Of a stretch of DNA of 64,000 bases, positions 26,900 to 39,700 are shown in pieces. A program made the translations under genes and the position numbers. Below the pieces are notes generated by a model, which worked only from the letters and a program-made list of their open reading frames with translations, searched no databases and was not told the origin of the DNA. The stretch comes from a virus (taxonomy: Duplodnaviria > Caudoviricetes), in IMG/VR virus record IMGVR_UViG_3300013426_000029, positions 27,134 to 91,133 of that record; one strand, 5' to 3'. Within the stretch, counting starts at the first letter, position 1, and each line of letters opens with the position of its first letter.

Positions 26900-29800
26900 A
26901 CTATTGCGATTTAAAATATGCGTTTGCTGTATCTTTTATTGATCTAGTAAGACCTGTATTATTAAGCAACAAATATTTCCAAGATTTATCTCCAAACAAT
27001 GATTGCCCTGTCTATTTAACTATCTAAACCGGAGCGGTATAATATGGAGGATTCATATTTTCTCCAAAGAACTATATTACATTAATTGGACCTTTAAACT
27101 AATCAAAAGACCTTGAAGAAGACTTATAAAGTATTTCTGTAAAAAAATTTTTTAACATAGGATTATCTTTTGCTGTCTTTTTAAATTCTGTATATTTCGG
27201 GCCTAATATTAACTAATAAAGTAAACCCAATAATAACGCAGACAATGCATCACTACTTAATTTATACATATTAGCTTTAACCATTGGATTTCCTTTTATA
27301 TAAGCAAGTCCAGCCTTTAAACCATCTTCTTTACAAAGACTTATAATAGAACCAATAGAAGGAAATATACCCTATACAATAATAGGTATATCTTTATATA
27401 CAGGACTACCAGTATCTTCTGTAGTTATATTACCAACTTCATCAAAAAATAGTTTATTACCTTTTTCATCTGTTTCCTATTCAGATGTTAACTATGATAC
27501 TCCATTTTTCTAAGTTGACATAAAATAATTATTCACAATACCATTCATCCAAGTAGAGAATGAACCAAATAAAAAACCATATGCTCTATGCTCAGCCATA
27601 GCTTTTTTACTTGTATCATAAGAACCATATATATTATCGCCCAATGCTCTTATCGCATTAATTTCACGTTTAGAATATGGTTCTGGAAGATTATCGGTCA
27701 TATTAATTGGCGCATCTAAATGGTCTTCATTATATTTTTTTACTTGAGAAAAATATAAAGCCCTAGCTTTTAAATATTCTTTAGAACCTTTAGCTCCATA
27801 TTTAAATGCTTTAAATCTTTCATCCTTAGTCCAATCATATTTTAAATTACCGTTTTGATCTAAACTAAAAGCTTCCCATGAACCATCATGCATACATTTA
27901 GCTACAAATAAAGTCATACGATTTAAAAAGTCTGGACCTCTTAATGTACTATACATAAATGTTTCTCCATTAAGAATACCACTACGTCCAGTTTTTGCTC
28001 TTTCTGCAATACGCCCAATATCTGTATTTGAAATTCTATATTTTAAACAAAGTTTACTTAATAAATTCTAAGCCATTGGGTTTGCTGTAGAATATTTAAA
28101 TACATATGCATATGCTTTTCTTACATTTTCTGGTTCTATATCAGTATTTAATTTTATAAACGAGCGCATAAAATTTTGTTCAGCACCTTCAAATGTATCA
28201 CGTAATGAACCAATAATATTACCACCTAAAAGCATGTGTGTTACAATTCTTTTTATTGGAGAAATTACCCCGATTATTTTCTATTCTGTTTTAGACATAA
28301 TAGAAGTATGAAATACATTTACTTTTAGATAATCTTGCATATATTTAATTTCTTTTTCTACTACTGATTTATTACCATTATAATTCCCTGTAAGGTATAA
28401 TTGAAGCATTAAAGCTTTGGAACAAACTAATAATTTATTTAATTGAGTTGTTGAAATATGTTTAGCTAAGAAATCAATTAATAAATTTTCAACATTGGTT
28501 TCAAAAAATGGAGTACCATATTTTTCAATCCAACGTTTTCTTTCTTGTAATGCACTATTATAATTATTAGTACTTGTTACCATAGTAGTACTAAATGGAT
28601 TTACTAAATGCATTCTATAAAAGTTTTCTGAATCTCTTGACATCATTTCTCTTTCTTCTTCAGTAATACCTTCAACAAATTCATCAAATGCAGTAGATGC
28701 GTCTCTAATTTTTCTTACAAAGTTTTTCATACCAGTTACTATGCCAGCAGCACTTGAGCGTTGTGTTCCTTTAGAAGCTCTTTCAAGTGGAACCCATAGA
28801 TATTCTGGATGCCTTTTTATATACTCTTTGATTTTAGGATCTTCTGGAGATGTAAATATTGAATTTCCGTTTCTAGAAATACACTATATTTGATAAAGAA
28901 CTTTCTTTAAAAGAGTTCTTTCTTCAGAATCCAAATCATTACTTTCGTCATATGGATTTTTAAACGACATGGCATCAGAATCAGGATCGTATAAATTACG
29001 ATATACTGATGCCTAATTACCTATAATCATATTCTAAGCAGAAGTATAATTTTTATATTTATAAAAATCATCAAACATACCTCTAATCTTAGAATCATAA
29101 TACTTTAAGAATTCTTCTGATACAGTATCATAAGTAATTAATAAATTATTTACTACTGTTCTAATATTTTCATCATCTACTGTTGCAGCAGTAAAGAAAT
29201 TTAAGTTAATACTACTTAAACTGTTTTTATTTATAGCAGTTTCTCCTCTTAACGTAAGTAATGCATTTACTGACATTACATATAGTGTAGCCAAGTTTTT
29301 ATTAAATTTACTACTTCCCTCTAATGCTCTAGCTACTTTTTCTGGGTCTCCAAAATCTGGGCGAATTGTTTGAATTTTAGTAATAATATCGGTTAATGCT
29401 TGAATCTAAGTTACTTTTGTTTTAGCGTCTTTTAAAGTTTCAAAACCATAACGTTCATATTCTTTAGTTAAACTTAAATTTGCACCATCAGTAACTTTAT
29501 TATATTCATTGAATATTTCTTCAATTGGGTCTGTAAAAGTAGTATTTAAAAAATTATTATTAATTTTATTATCTGGATTTGCTTCATTAACTATAGAAAG
29601 AATTTTCTAGAAATAATTCTTATTAAATTCTCCAATATTAAAAGCTCTATACGCACCATTACCACAAGAACTAACCACTCCAAGTGTTCCTAATATAATA
29701 TTATCTCCTAATTCTGGCAACATTTCATTAATAAGTTCCATAGTTCTTACAGCTTCAACATTACCATAATCAGATTCAAGATCATTATATTCTGTATCTT

Positions 29801-31445
29801 GCTTATAAAAGCCTAATATGTTATTTCTATTTCTTCTTATATTAGCGTGCTATTTAATATTAAAATTAGATAGAGTAATTACATCAATAACTCCGTCTTT
29901 ACTTTTAAAAATTAAAATTCCAGCATCAATTAAATCATCAAGTAATTTCCAATTGTGATTAATTACTTCTTTACCATTTACTTCCTCTTTTGTATAATCT
30001 AATAAATATTTACTAAATATACTTTCTAACTATTGAGATATAGTAGCCAAACCTGTAACTTTTTCAAAAGAAAGAAAACCTTTTTCATAAGCATTTTTAA
30101 CTGCATCTTTTATTTTCTAAACTGTATAACCTTTATTATCATCTAATTTATCAAGATGTTTTGTTATAAGTTCTTTAATTTCTTTATTCTTATTTTTATC
30201 AGTTTTTTCTTTAATGTCATACTATTTTCCATCAATAATTACTTCATACATATGATCAAGTTCATTGACTTTCTTAATTATAATTGGTTCTATACCAGTT
30301 GGATCTTCAGATGGGGCATATTTAATCCAAGATTCTGCAGTTTGACCCAATCCATCTTCACGGAGATTCATAGTTGGAAATATTAATTTACAATTATCAG
30401 TAGCTTTAACTATTACGTTTGAAGAAATAGTAATTGGAGTTGAATTATTTTCTATAAAATAAGATGCATTCTTTACATACTTATGCATAGCAAAACCAGA
30501 ATCTGATTTACGTGTACTATAATTTATAGTACCATGAACTTTAGCTTTAAGTAGATTACCATTCTATCCATATTGAAGCTATACTGGAATTACGCTTAAC
30601 TAAATATTTTTTGTATTAACTCCATTATATTCTAATATAGATTTTAAAAAAGCTAACTAATATTTAATACGTTCTTTTTTAACTTGAGGCCATTCATTTG
30701 GATTAGAAGCAGTAGTTTTTATAACATATAATCTGATTGTACCATCATCACCAATAGTTATCCAATCAAAGTGTCCATAAATATCTTCTCCACTTGATTT
30801 TATTTTAGCTTTTAAATTTACACCTCGTATAGTCTATTTTTCAGAATTTAATTCACCAGTTTCGGATATAAATGTTTTTCTTAATGCATCCTATACTACT
30901 GCTAAATTAGGAATTTTTTCTTCAGAAATTCCTTTATTTTTTAATGCACCCTATACTTTAGCTCCATCCTATTCAAATAATATTTTAGAACCAGCAATCA
31001 TATGAACATATTTTGCATCCTTTTTAATTAATTCATTCTATTGCTTTTCTGTTTTTAAATGCTAATCTATCTATTCATCATTCCAGCCTTTAGCTGCTAA
31101 TTCCTATTTTACCTTAGCATCATAATTTCCATCTTCATAAGTTGGAACTAGTAAATGATCATTAATATTAAATGCTGAAGAATTAATAAATAACTAAACA
31201 TTTAAACCACCTTCTGGGGCAGGAGAAGGGTCATTTGGGTCAACGGATTCTACTAATTTAAGATCCTTAACATTATTCTATTTTATTTTATCTATCTAAC
31301 TTTTTTGTCTATCTTTACTAAATACAATATCAGTAATATCTGAAGCAAGTTCTTTATCCCTTAAATAATTCATTAATTCAGTATAATTACCAAAGTTCTA
31401 AAAAACTTCACCATTTAATATAATTGCATAATTACAATAATTCAT
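26898..31445 (-). CDS. Giant virion/ejected protein A (1515 aa, TAG=Gln) with a degenerate PD-(D/E)xK nuclease-like domain
   Basis: ATG 31445 to TAA 26898; four track fragments share this frame, separated by TAG; GHFD…YVIKT…YQLAF at about 30620-30790. Confidence 0.82.
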
Positions 31446-31446
31446 A

Positions 31447-33798
31447 TTAACAATCCTCCCTTATTCCATTCTTCTAATCTTTATTATATTCACTAATCTA
31501 TTGATTGATATAATTAGAAATACGTCTAGACTATTGTGTACTACCAAAATCTAAATCTTTTCTTGACATTAATTTAGCTACTTCTTTATTAAATTTATTA
31601 AATATGACAGTTAATTTAGAGCCATAAAAACTATTAATATTTTCTATTTTAGTATCAAAAATAGTTTCTGTAATGTTTTTTAATGTTTTATCATTAGTAT
31701 CAAATACTTCTTTAGTTTCTAAATTAACATTACCACGTATATAATTACTAAACAAATTAGCAAAGACTTCTTCTCTAAGATCCATCTCAGAAATTCCTGG
31801 ATAAGATTCTTTTATTTTTTTATACATACGTCTTCCTTCATTAGTATTAATTACTAAATTAAGAAGATTTTCATAGTTATTACCTAAGTCTGGATTTGAT
31901 TTAATCATACCAAGAATTAAGTGTACATGTTCGTGTAATAAATCAGAAGGTCTTGCTATTGTACTATTAACATATACTTTACCATTATAAATAAAAGCTT
32001 TATCTATATTCGGATCAAATAAATTACCTCCTATTTCTTTATTTAAACTTTCAATTTCACTTGCATTAATTAATTCAACATCAACATTAAACTAAGATTT
32101 TAATACATCAGAAATAGTAGTCATCCAAGTAATCATTGGAGTAGATTTTTTTTTAGTCTATTCCTTTACACTATCGTCTGGAACTGGAATAACTTGATAA
32201 ACAATATTTTTATTATATTTATATTTTTCATCAAATTCTCTACTTTCAATATAATACTTTTTAGTTTTAGCTTTATCTATTTTATTAGCAATAGTATCCA
32301 TACTTTTACCATTTCTATTTGAAGTACCTAATTCTTCATTCATTTTATAAATAAATAAAGCTACTTTTTCTGGAGTATTAATCTTCTATAGAATATTTTC
32401 TCTATACTTTTTTTGAATACCTACTTCTTTTATATATTCTCTAAATGTCTACATATTAAAGTTTGGATTAGTAACAAACTAATCTTCACCACCTCTAATA
32501 TCTGTTTTTACATCAACAGGAATATCTATAGATTCTATAATTTGTCCAGGTTGATAAGAAGTTTTACTGATTATTTTTTCGTTAACAAAACTTTGATATA
32601 CTTTTTTACCATCTATAATTTCAACAGGTCTATATTTAAATTCTATTGCTGAATTACTGATAATAGGTTGTGCTTCTATTCTTTCGGCAATAGCATTATG
32701 AGCATCTTCTAATGAATCATATCTTGTTCCAAAAGCCGATGAAAGTAATGTACCTCTTGAGATATAAAATTTATCATTATCTTTATAAACATTATATCCA
32801 AGATACTTGCTTACTTTTAATGTATTAATAGTATCCTAAGTAATACCATATTTAGTTTCAATAGGTATTGCCTTAGATTTTAATATAATTCCATTTTCTG
32901 TTTCTTTTAAATAACCATATCCAAAATCTGGAACTAATAAACGTTCTAAATAATCTTTACTTTTACCAGATTCTTGCAATTGTCTATAGCCTCTAATGTT
33001 TGCATCTTCTAATTCTTTTGGATGTTTTAATTTTAAAGCTTGATATAAATCATTATAAGTAATAAGAATTTTAAAATCACCTAATGTTCTTTTTCTATAA
33101 TTTAATTCTGTAGAAAATGGATCATCAAATTCTTTAATCTAATTCCAATTTCTTAAATTTCTTACAAATTTTTCTAATATCTAAATGTTAGATACACCAT
33201 CAGTAGAAGTGTTTCTATAATTCTTTTTATTCTAAAGATAATCAATAATCAAATCTTCAAAATTATCAAAGCCTTTATTCTTTCTAATTTTATTTAAAGG
33301 TTTATAATATTCAGAAGATTTATCAATATTTAAACCATAATCTCGGATTTCTTTTCTAATTTTTAAAAATCTTGCTAAACTTTGTAAATCGTATTTATTG
33401 TTTTTAAGAATAAATAATTCTTCTCCGTTGTTTTGAACAATTCTCTATTGAATTGTTTTACCTTCTAATTTAAGTTCATCTACTAAAAATATATTAACAT
33501 TTTCTTCTGGAAAATCAATATCACTATATTGTGACATACCTCTAAGTTCAGCTAATGAATAATTTCCTTGTAAACCATCAAGTCCAACTTTTTCTATATT
33601 GGATACTGTAATAGTTCTTTTTTTAATTTCTGATTTTTTTTCTTTTAATAAAGGAATTAATTGTTTGTAAACAAGGTCTTTATTATTTACTAAAGCTGAA
33701 TATAAATCCGCTTCTTCAATATTGGTAGAGGGCGCTGAACTCTCATAATTCAGCACCACTTTCTTACCATTAATTAATATTATAATGTTACAATCCAT
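31447..33798 (-). CDS. Large virion protein B (783 aa, TAG=Gln) with a zincin-like metallopeptidase motif
   Basis: ATG 33798 to TAA 31447; three track fragments in frame; LLHEHVHLILG and downstream EEVFA. Confidence 0.82.
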
Positions 33799-36700
33799 TA
33801 CTTACATATTTTATTTATTTGTGTAATAGTTCCCTCTTTTAAGAACTACTTAAAATAAGATATGATTTTTTCAATATCTTCTTCTGAAGCATTTGTTTCT
33901 AAACTTTGTTTTATAGTATTAATTATATTTTCAAAGTAATCAGAATACTTGCTTCCTAATACAAAATATCTTCTTATATTATTTACTCTTTCAAATAAAT
34001 CATTTTCAGATTCACCTGGTTCTTGTATAATAAATGATTCATCATTCTTACCTTTCATTACAATAACAGGAATAGAATTAGATTCCAGTTTAATAATACA
34101 AGGATCTTGATTACCAGAAGTACTTCGTACAATTCTTGCTGAATCTATTAAAACGTCTTGATAATTAAAGTAAAGAGGAATTTGATTTGATTCTAATTTT
34201 ACATCTTTAGTTCCTTCTAATATTGGCACTCCATACCAATCTAAATTAGCTTCATAATCAAAGAAATTACGAAGCATAGGGATATCTCTTAAATAAGAAT
34301 TAAATAAACTAGTAATTCTATTCTTGCCATATTGGTTTCTATTTATAATAATATTATAAAGAACAAAAGCATCAGCTAATGTCATATTGTCAGTTATATA
34401 AATCTTATTTAAATCTCCAATTCCTTTTTTATAATTCTAGAATTTTTTCTAAGATTCAGAACTATCTTCAATTGTCTACATATTTAAAGATACTTTATAG
34501 AATGGAATGTCTTTTTCTATTGCTTTAATTAAAGCAGCAATAAATGGATTCTATGATAACCCTTTTACTTGTTCAGTAATAATATTTCCATCTTTATCTA
34601 CTTTAGTAACTTTACCCTATTTTAATTCGGGAATAATCTTATTTTCAAATATATATTTGAAAGAACCAATATTTGCTTTAGAATTTAAATTTAGTAAACC
34701 ATCTTTTTCAAATGTATTTACTCTACCATTAATATCCAAATATTTAGTTCCTTTAGAAACAGGGAAAGAAATATTTTTACTTAAGATAAAATTATTGCAA
34801 ATAATTTTATCAATAGATGTTAACACCCTAGCTTGGTATTGTTCTGGAATATAACTAAACTACTAAGACATTTCTGAATATACTACATCGAATGCTTTTG
34901 ATTTAAATGAAATATTATCATCTACTTCAAGTACGGTAGAAAATAATTTTCTAATTGCATCAAACTAAGGTATCTTAGTAAATGCATCAAATACATTTAC
35001 ACACTTCTTTACTAGGTCGTATTCTCTAGCAATTTTTTCTCTGTAGTCTTCATCTATAGTCCAACGTTTAACATCTAAATCTTTAATATTATTAATAGCT
35101 TCTAATTCTGAAGTTGTTTTACTTGAATCTTTTAAAGCATTCTTTTTAGCAGTAGCTAATATATTCTTCAACTGTATTACTTTTGCTTGTAAGTCAACTT
35201 TATTAGTAGGTATTCCCTAATTAAATCCATAAAGTCTACCAAGATTACTAAATTCATTAGCTGCTTGTAACACATTTAAGAATTCATTACAATCTGCTTG
35301 TAATTCTGCTTTATCCATAGTAGTTAAACCTAATCTTTCTTTTAATGCCTATGTTTGAAAATTATACAATGAAATAGGTTTTCCATCTTCATCATATAAT
35401 TTAGTTTCACTTCTTGCTTGTTTAACTGCATTTTCTAATGTAATTTGTTCCTAACCAGAATATATATTTTCTTCTGTTAATTCGTAAACGAATCTAGCAA
35501 CAGGAGATGTCATAAATGATACAATATCGTTAATATTATATCCCATTGTAATTAAGAATAAATACATTTTAGCAAGCTTAGATCCACAATTAATCTAACC
35601 TAATATAAGCTCTTTTGCATTCAATTTTATTATTCTCATACTTTCATATAAGTTTAGACTATATCTTAATTCAATATATTTTGAATTCTCAGCACTTCGG
35701 ATTTTTAAATCCTATTTTATTAAAATAGTCGTTGCACCATTGTATGGCTCAGAGATTACCCCAACCTTAAATCTTATTACTATAGTAAGGTAATTACTCT
35801 TACAAGTAATTTAAGTTTTTAACAGGGCTTTTCCTGAATTCACTGAGTATTTTATCCAACTGACTCTGCTTTATATATTTATTTTGGATCAGTTGCTGCA
35901 GAAAGCACCTAACTTATCATTAAGTCAACCTATAGGTTTCCTGTACTTCGTTTAGAGAAACTTTCAGCTATTTTTGGATCTACTCCTTCAAAATTCATCT
36001 AAGGTAATCCATTAAGTGTTAATGTTTTTGGATTATTCTTTGCTCTACCAGCAATTCTCTAAGTAGTAAAAGCAAATGTAGCATGTTCTATATTCTAAGT
36101 TCTTATAGCATCGTTTAAATAGTAATGCCAAAGGAATGATGCCTTTTCTGCATTAGCTGCAATACCAATCACATTCTTACCAACCATGTTAATATACTAC
36201 ATTGTAAATTTAGTAATTGGATCTAATAAAGTAAGTTTAGAATTTTCTTCAGCTCCATTACCATATTTATTAGAAGCATTTCTAATTACATCCATATCAA
36301 TTGGAGAATATGCAGTAATCATATTTCTTAAACTTTGAATAGTATTCTAAATATGAGAAGAAATAAAATTCTTACTTATTTCCTATGAAAGTTTTGCAGG
36401 AATTTCTGTCTATTCGTGAGTTATTAAATTCTATAATACTTTATTTCCATACTTATTATGATATGAAACATTTATATTATTTTTACCACCATGCTCATAA
36501 GGTTTAACTTTATACAATTTGTTTAAAAGATTAGCATAAAGTTCTATTCTTTTTGCTTTTAATTTATTATTTTCTGGATCTTTCTTTATTAGATTATCGA
36601 CCTTTTCTATATTATTTACGTCAATATTAATATCTACAATATTATTTAATGATTCTAATAAAGTTGGATCAGTATTACTGCTAGTTAAACTAGCTCTAAG

Positions 36701-39700
36701 TTTAGCTTCATTACTAATAAAATTATATACTAAATGCTTTGGTTGAGGTAATTTTTCAGAAGCTTCTAATGTTTCAATAGAAGAAATATCAAATAAATTA
36801 CTCCAACCTATATAACGCCCATTATCATCAAAACTTAAACCCATGATATATGCTTTATCAATATCCGATTTATCTCATGTCTTTCAACACAAGTCCGACT
36901 ATATCATCATTATATTAAAATATAATGTCTCGCACTTCGGAACCTGACTCCTGCAATTTTATAAATTCTTCCTTAGTTAAATCCTTTCTTATTTTATATA
37001 GAAAAGATGGAACTTGCTCTATATATGGTTTTACTATTTTAATAAACTTTTCGCAATCTAGTTCAGAACTAGACGCTATAGAATAAGTACCTTTTCCTTC
37101 TTTAAAAGGTCTGAAGTGTATACCCCATACTTCATCAAAGTAACTTATTATTGTTTTAATAGTGGTTTCATCAACACATGTAGCTATCTTAATAGTGTGT
37201 TGAATAGAGCTTCTTTGCTTTGATGTGTTAACATTAATACATCCATCGTCCATATACCAGATGGCTAAACCTAGAGGATTTAACCATTCTAATAGTTTTC
37301 TAGTAATAGTTTTCTTTGGAACGTAAACAGACCTACGCAGTGCTTTTATAGTTGGGATAAGAGACATCTGTGAGTACAACACTTCTTTTCCAGTATTATA
37401 TCCGCACTTGGATATATATTCTTTTACCCCATTATTCTTAATTCCATAAGTGTTTAATAAGTTAACTTTCCACTCTAAATACTCTCTCTGCAGGGTAGAA
37501 TGAGATAGTTTAAACACATAATTACTAGATATAGTTCCATCTCCTATTAGAAGAGCTATTAATAGACTCTTCTGTTCCTTACTAAGTCGAATAAATTTTC
37601 TTTTTGTCATACCTCGTTTAATAAAGTTAGTTTATTTAAACGAAGGTTCCTACTCCCTCTCGGGATAGTCTGTGAACCTTCATCCTTATAAATATACAAG
37701 AAATTTTGTCAATTAACAAGTCCTTCCTGTAAATATTTATCTAGGACGCTTGGCTGCGGATTGTCCAATCCTACATGCTTTTTACTATGTCAGCAATAGT
37801 TAGTTGCTGCCTTTAGATGTATTCCTACTCTAAATTAGTACATATAGGCTCTAAGAAGTTCCCCGCAATTTACGAGATTTAAAGACTACAACTCTGTTTA
37901 TAGTCTGAACCCTGTAACCATGTCTACCATGCAGTTACAAAACATTGTCCAGTTTTTACTCCAGTATAACCTACAGTTTTCATTTTCATAAACGATTGTA
38001 GTGTTTGTGCTGGAATACGAGAAGCTGTAACGTATAATGATTTAAGAAATGATGTATATAAATTAGTCTATAATGAATCTTGATAATTATTTAATGCATC
38101 TTCTAACCCTTTAATATTAAATTTATCTTTTTCTATTTTAGCTTTTTTAAATAAAGGAATTACATTGTTTATATAATCATATAAATTTTTATCATACTTT
38201 ATATTATTAGCAAAAGAAGTAAGTGCTTTCTAAACAGATTTACCAGATTGTAAAGTCATTTTTCTATTAAACTAAACTCCGCTATAAATATCAGCTTTAT
38301 ATATTTTAGATAATATTGTCCCAATAGCCTTATCAATTTCTTGCTCGAATCGCTAATTCTAAGTTAATACTTTTACTTTTTCTTCTCCCTTGTCATAATA
38401 AGTTTGAGTTAAATCTTCTTGAGTAAAATTTCTTTTTTCTAAAACTCTTCTAAGATTTGTTCTATTTATATTATAAAGATTATATCCTATTTGTGTATCT
38501 CCATTCTATGTTTCTGTAACTTTATGTTTAGAAATAAATTCAATATATTCTAACACTCGTCCATCATCTACTCTGAAGTTCTTTTGATTTTTAACTGGAA
38601 CTCCATTCTACATAAATTTATTAGTTTCTTTATTATAAGTTACATCGTTGTTTACTATTTCTCTACCTATTTCAAATAAAGGAATATTATCATTCGTAAC
38701 GAAATATACTCTATTTACAATTTCTGGAGAATCAGGAGATATATCATTATACTATGTTTTATATTTACGTTTACTTATATTACTCCACTCTCTATAAAAA
38801 GATTCACAATTTTCATTATTTTTCTATAATGGTTTTAATGTAATATACAAATGCTCTCCGTTTCTTTTAGTAAACGTAATATCATAATTTTCTGAATCTA
38901 AAGTAGATTTTGGAATCTAGAAATAATCCTTTCCTTCTTTCATAATATCTACTAATGAATCTCCCTCAGATATACCAAATTTAGATGTATATAAGTTAGA
39001 CATTATAATTTCAGCAGAATCATTTTTTAAATTATGAACTTTATATTTTTCTTTATTTTCAGCTGTAAATATCCCTTCTTCAACTTCTTTAAAGGCTTGG
39101 TCAATATCATATTTTGCACGAATTTCTTTTATTCTTGCTTCTAGTGTATCATCATCTAAATTCTATTTAGATAATTGATGTATTTCTTTAATTTGACCTT
39201 TAACTCTCCAGTGATTAAATATATTTGTATGATGAGTTACTTTATTTTCATCAACATAATCCCATTCTATTCTTACAGGAGCTAGATTCCTAGGAACTGT
39301 TATATCTTTCTAAAAAGAGATTTGAATATCATTATTATATACTGGAATTTTTATTCTTCTATTAGTAGCCTTGTTTATAACATCCCTCTTTTCTACTTCT
39401 GTAAATCCGAGTTTTGCAAATCTTCCTATACCATGAATACCACCTTTAGTTAGTTCTCCATAAGTTGATAATTTATGATTTTCAGGGATTATTAAAGCAC
39501 AAGCTTTAAATAGTTTTTCTTTCTATTCTGGGGTAAAAATATTTTCTCCACCTTTTGGCTTAAAATGAATAGCCCAACTATCTACTTCTTTATTTGTAAA
39601 AGGATCAATATCATGAACTAATTCAAAATAACTATCTGGATCTCCTAAAGAAACACGATATGTATTATTAACTTTAGTTTCATCACCTTTCCAAGGTTTC

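Larger units (their letters stand above)
36866..37899 (-). mobile_element. Group I intron (1034 nt) with LAGLIDADG ORF, inserted in the RNAP DYDID motif
   Basis: P1 GACTAT pairs with GTAGTC; P AATTGCGGGGAAC, Q AATCCGCAGCCAAG, R GTTCACAGACTA, S ATGATATAGTC; terminal G; ORF lies between R and S (P8 region). Confidence 0.93.
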
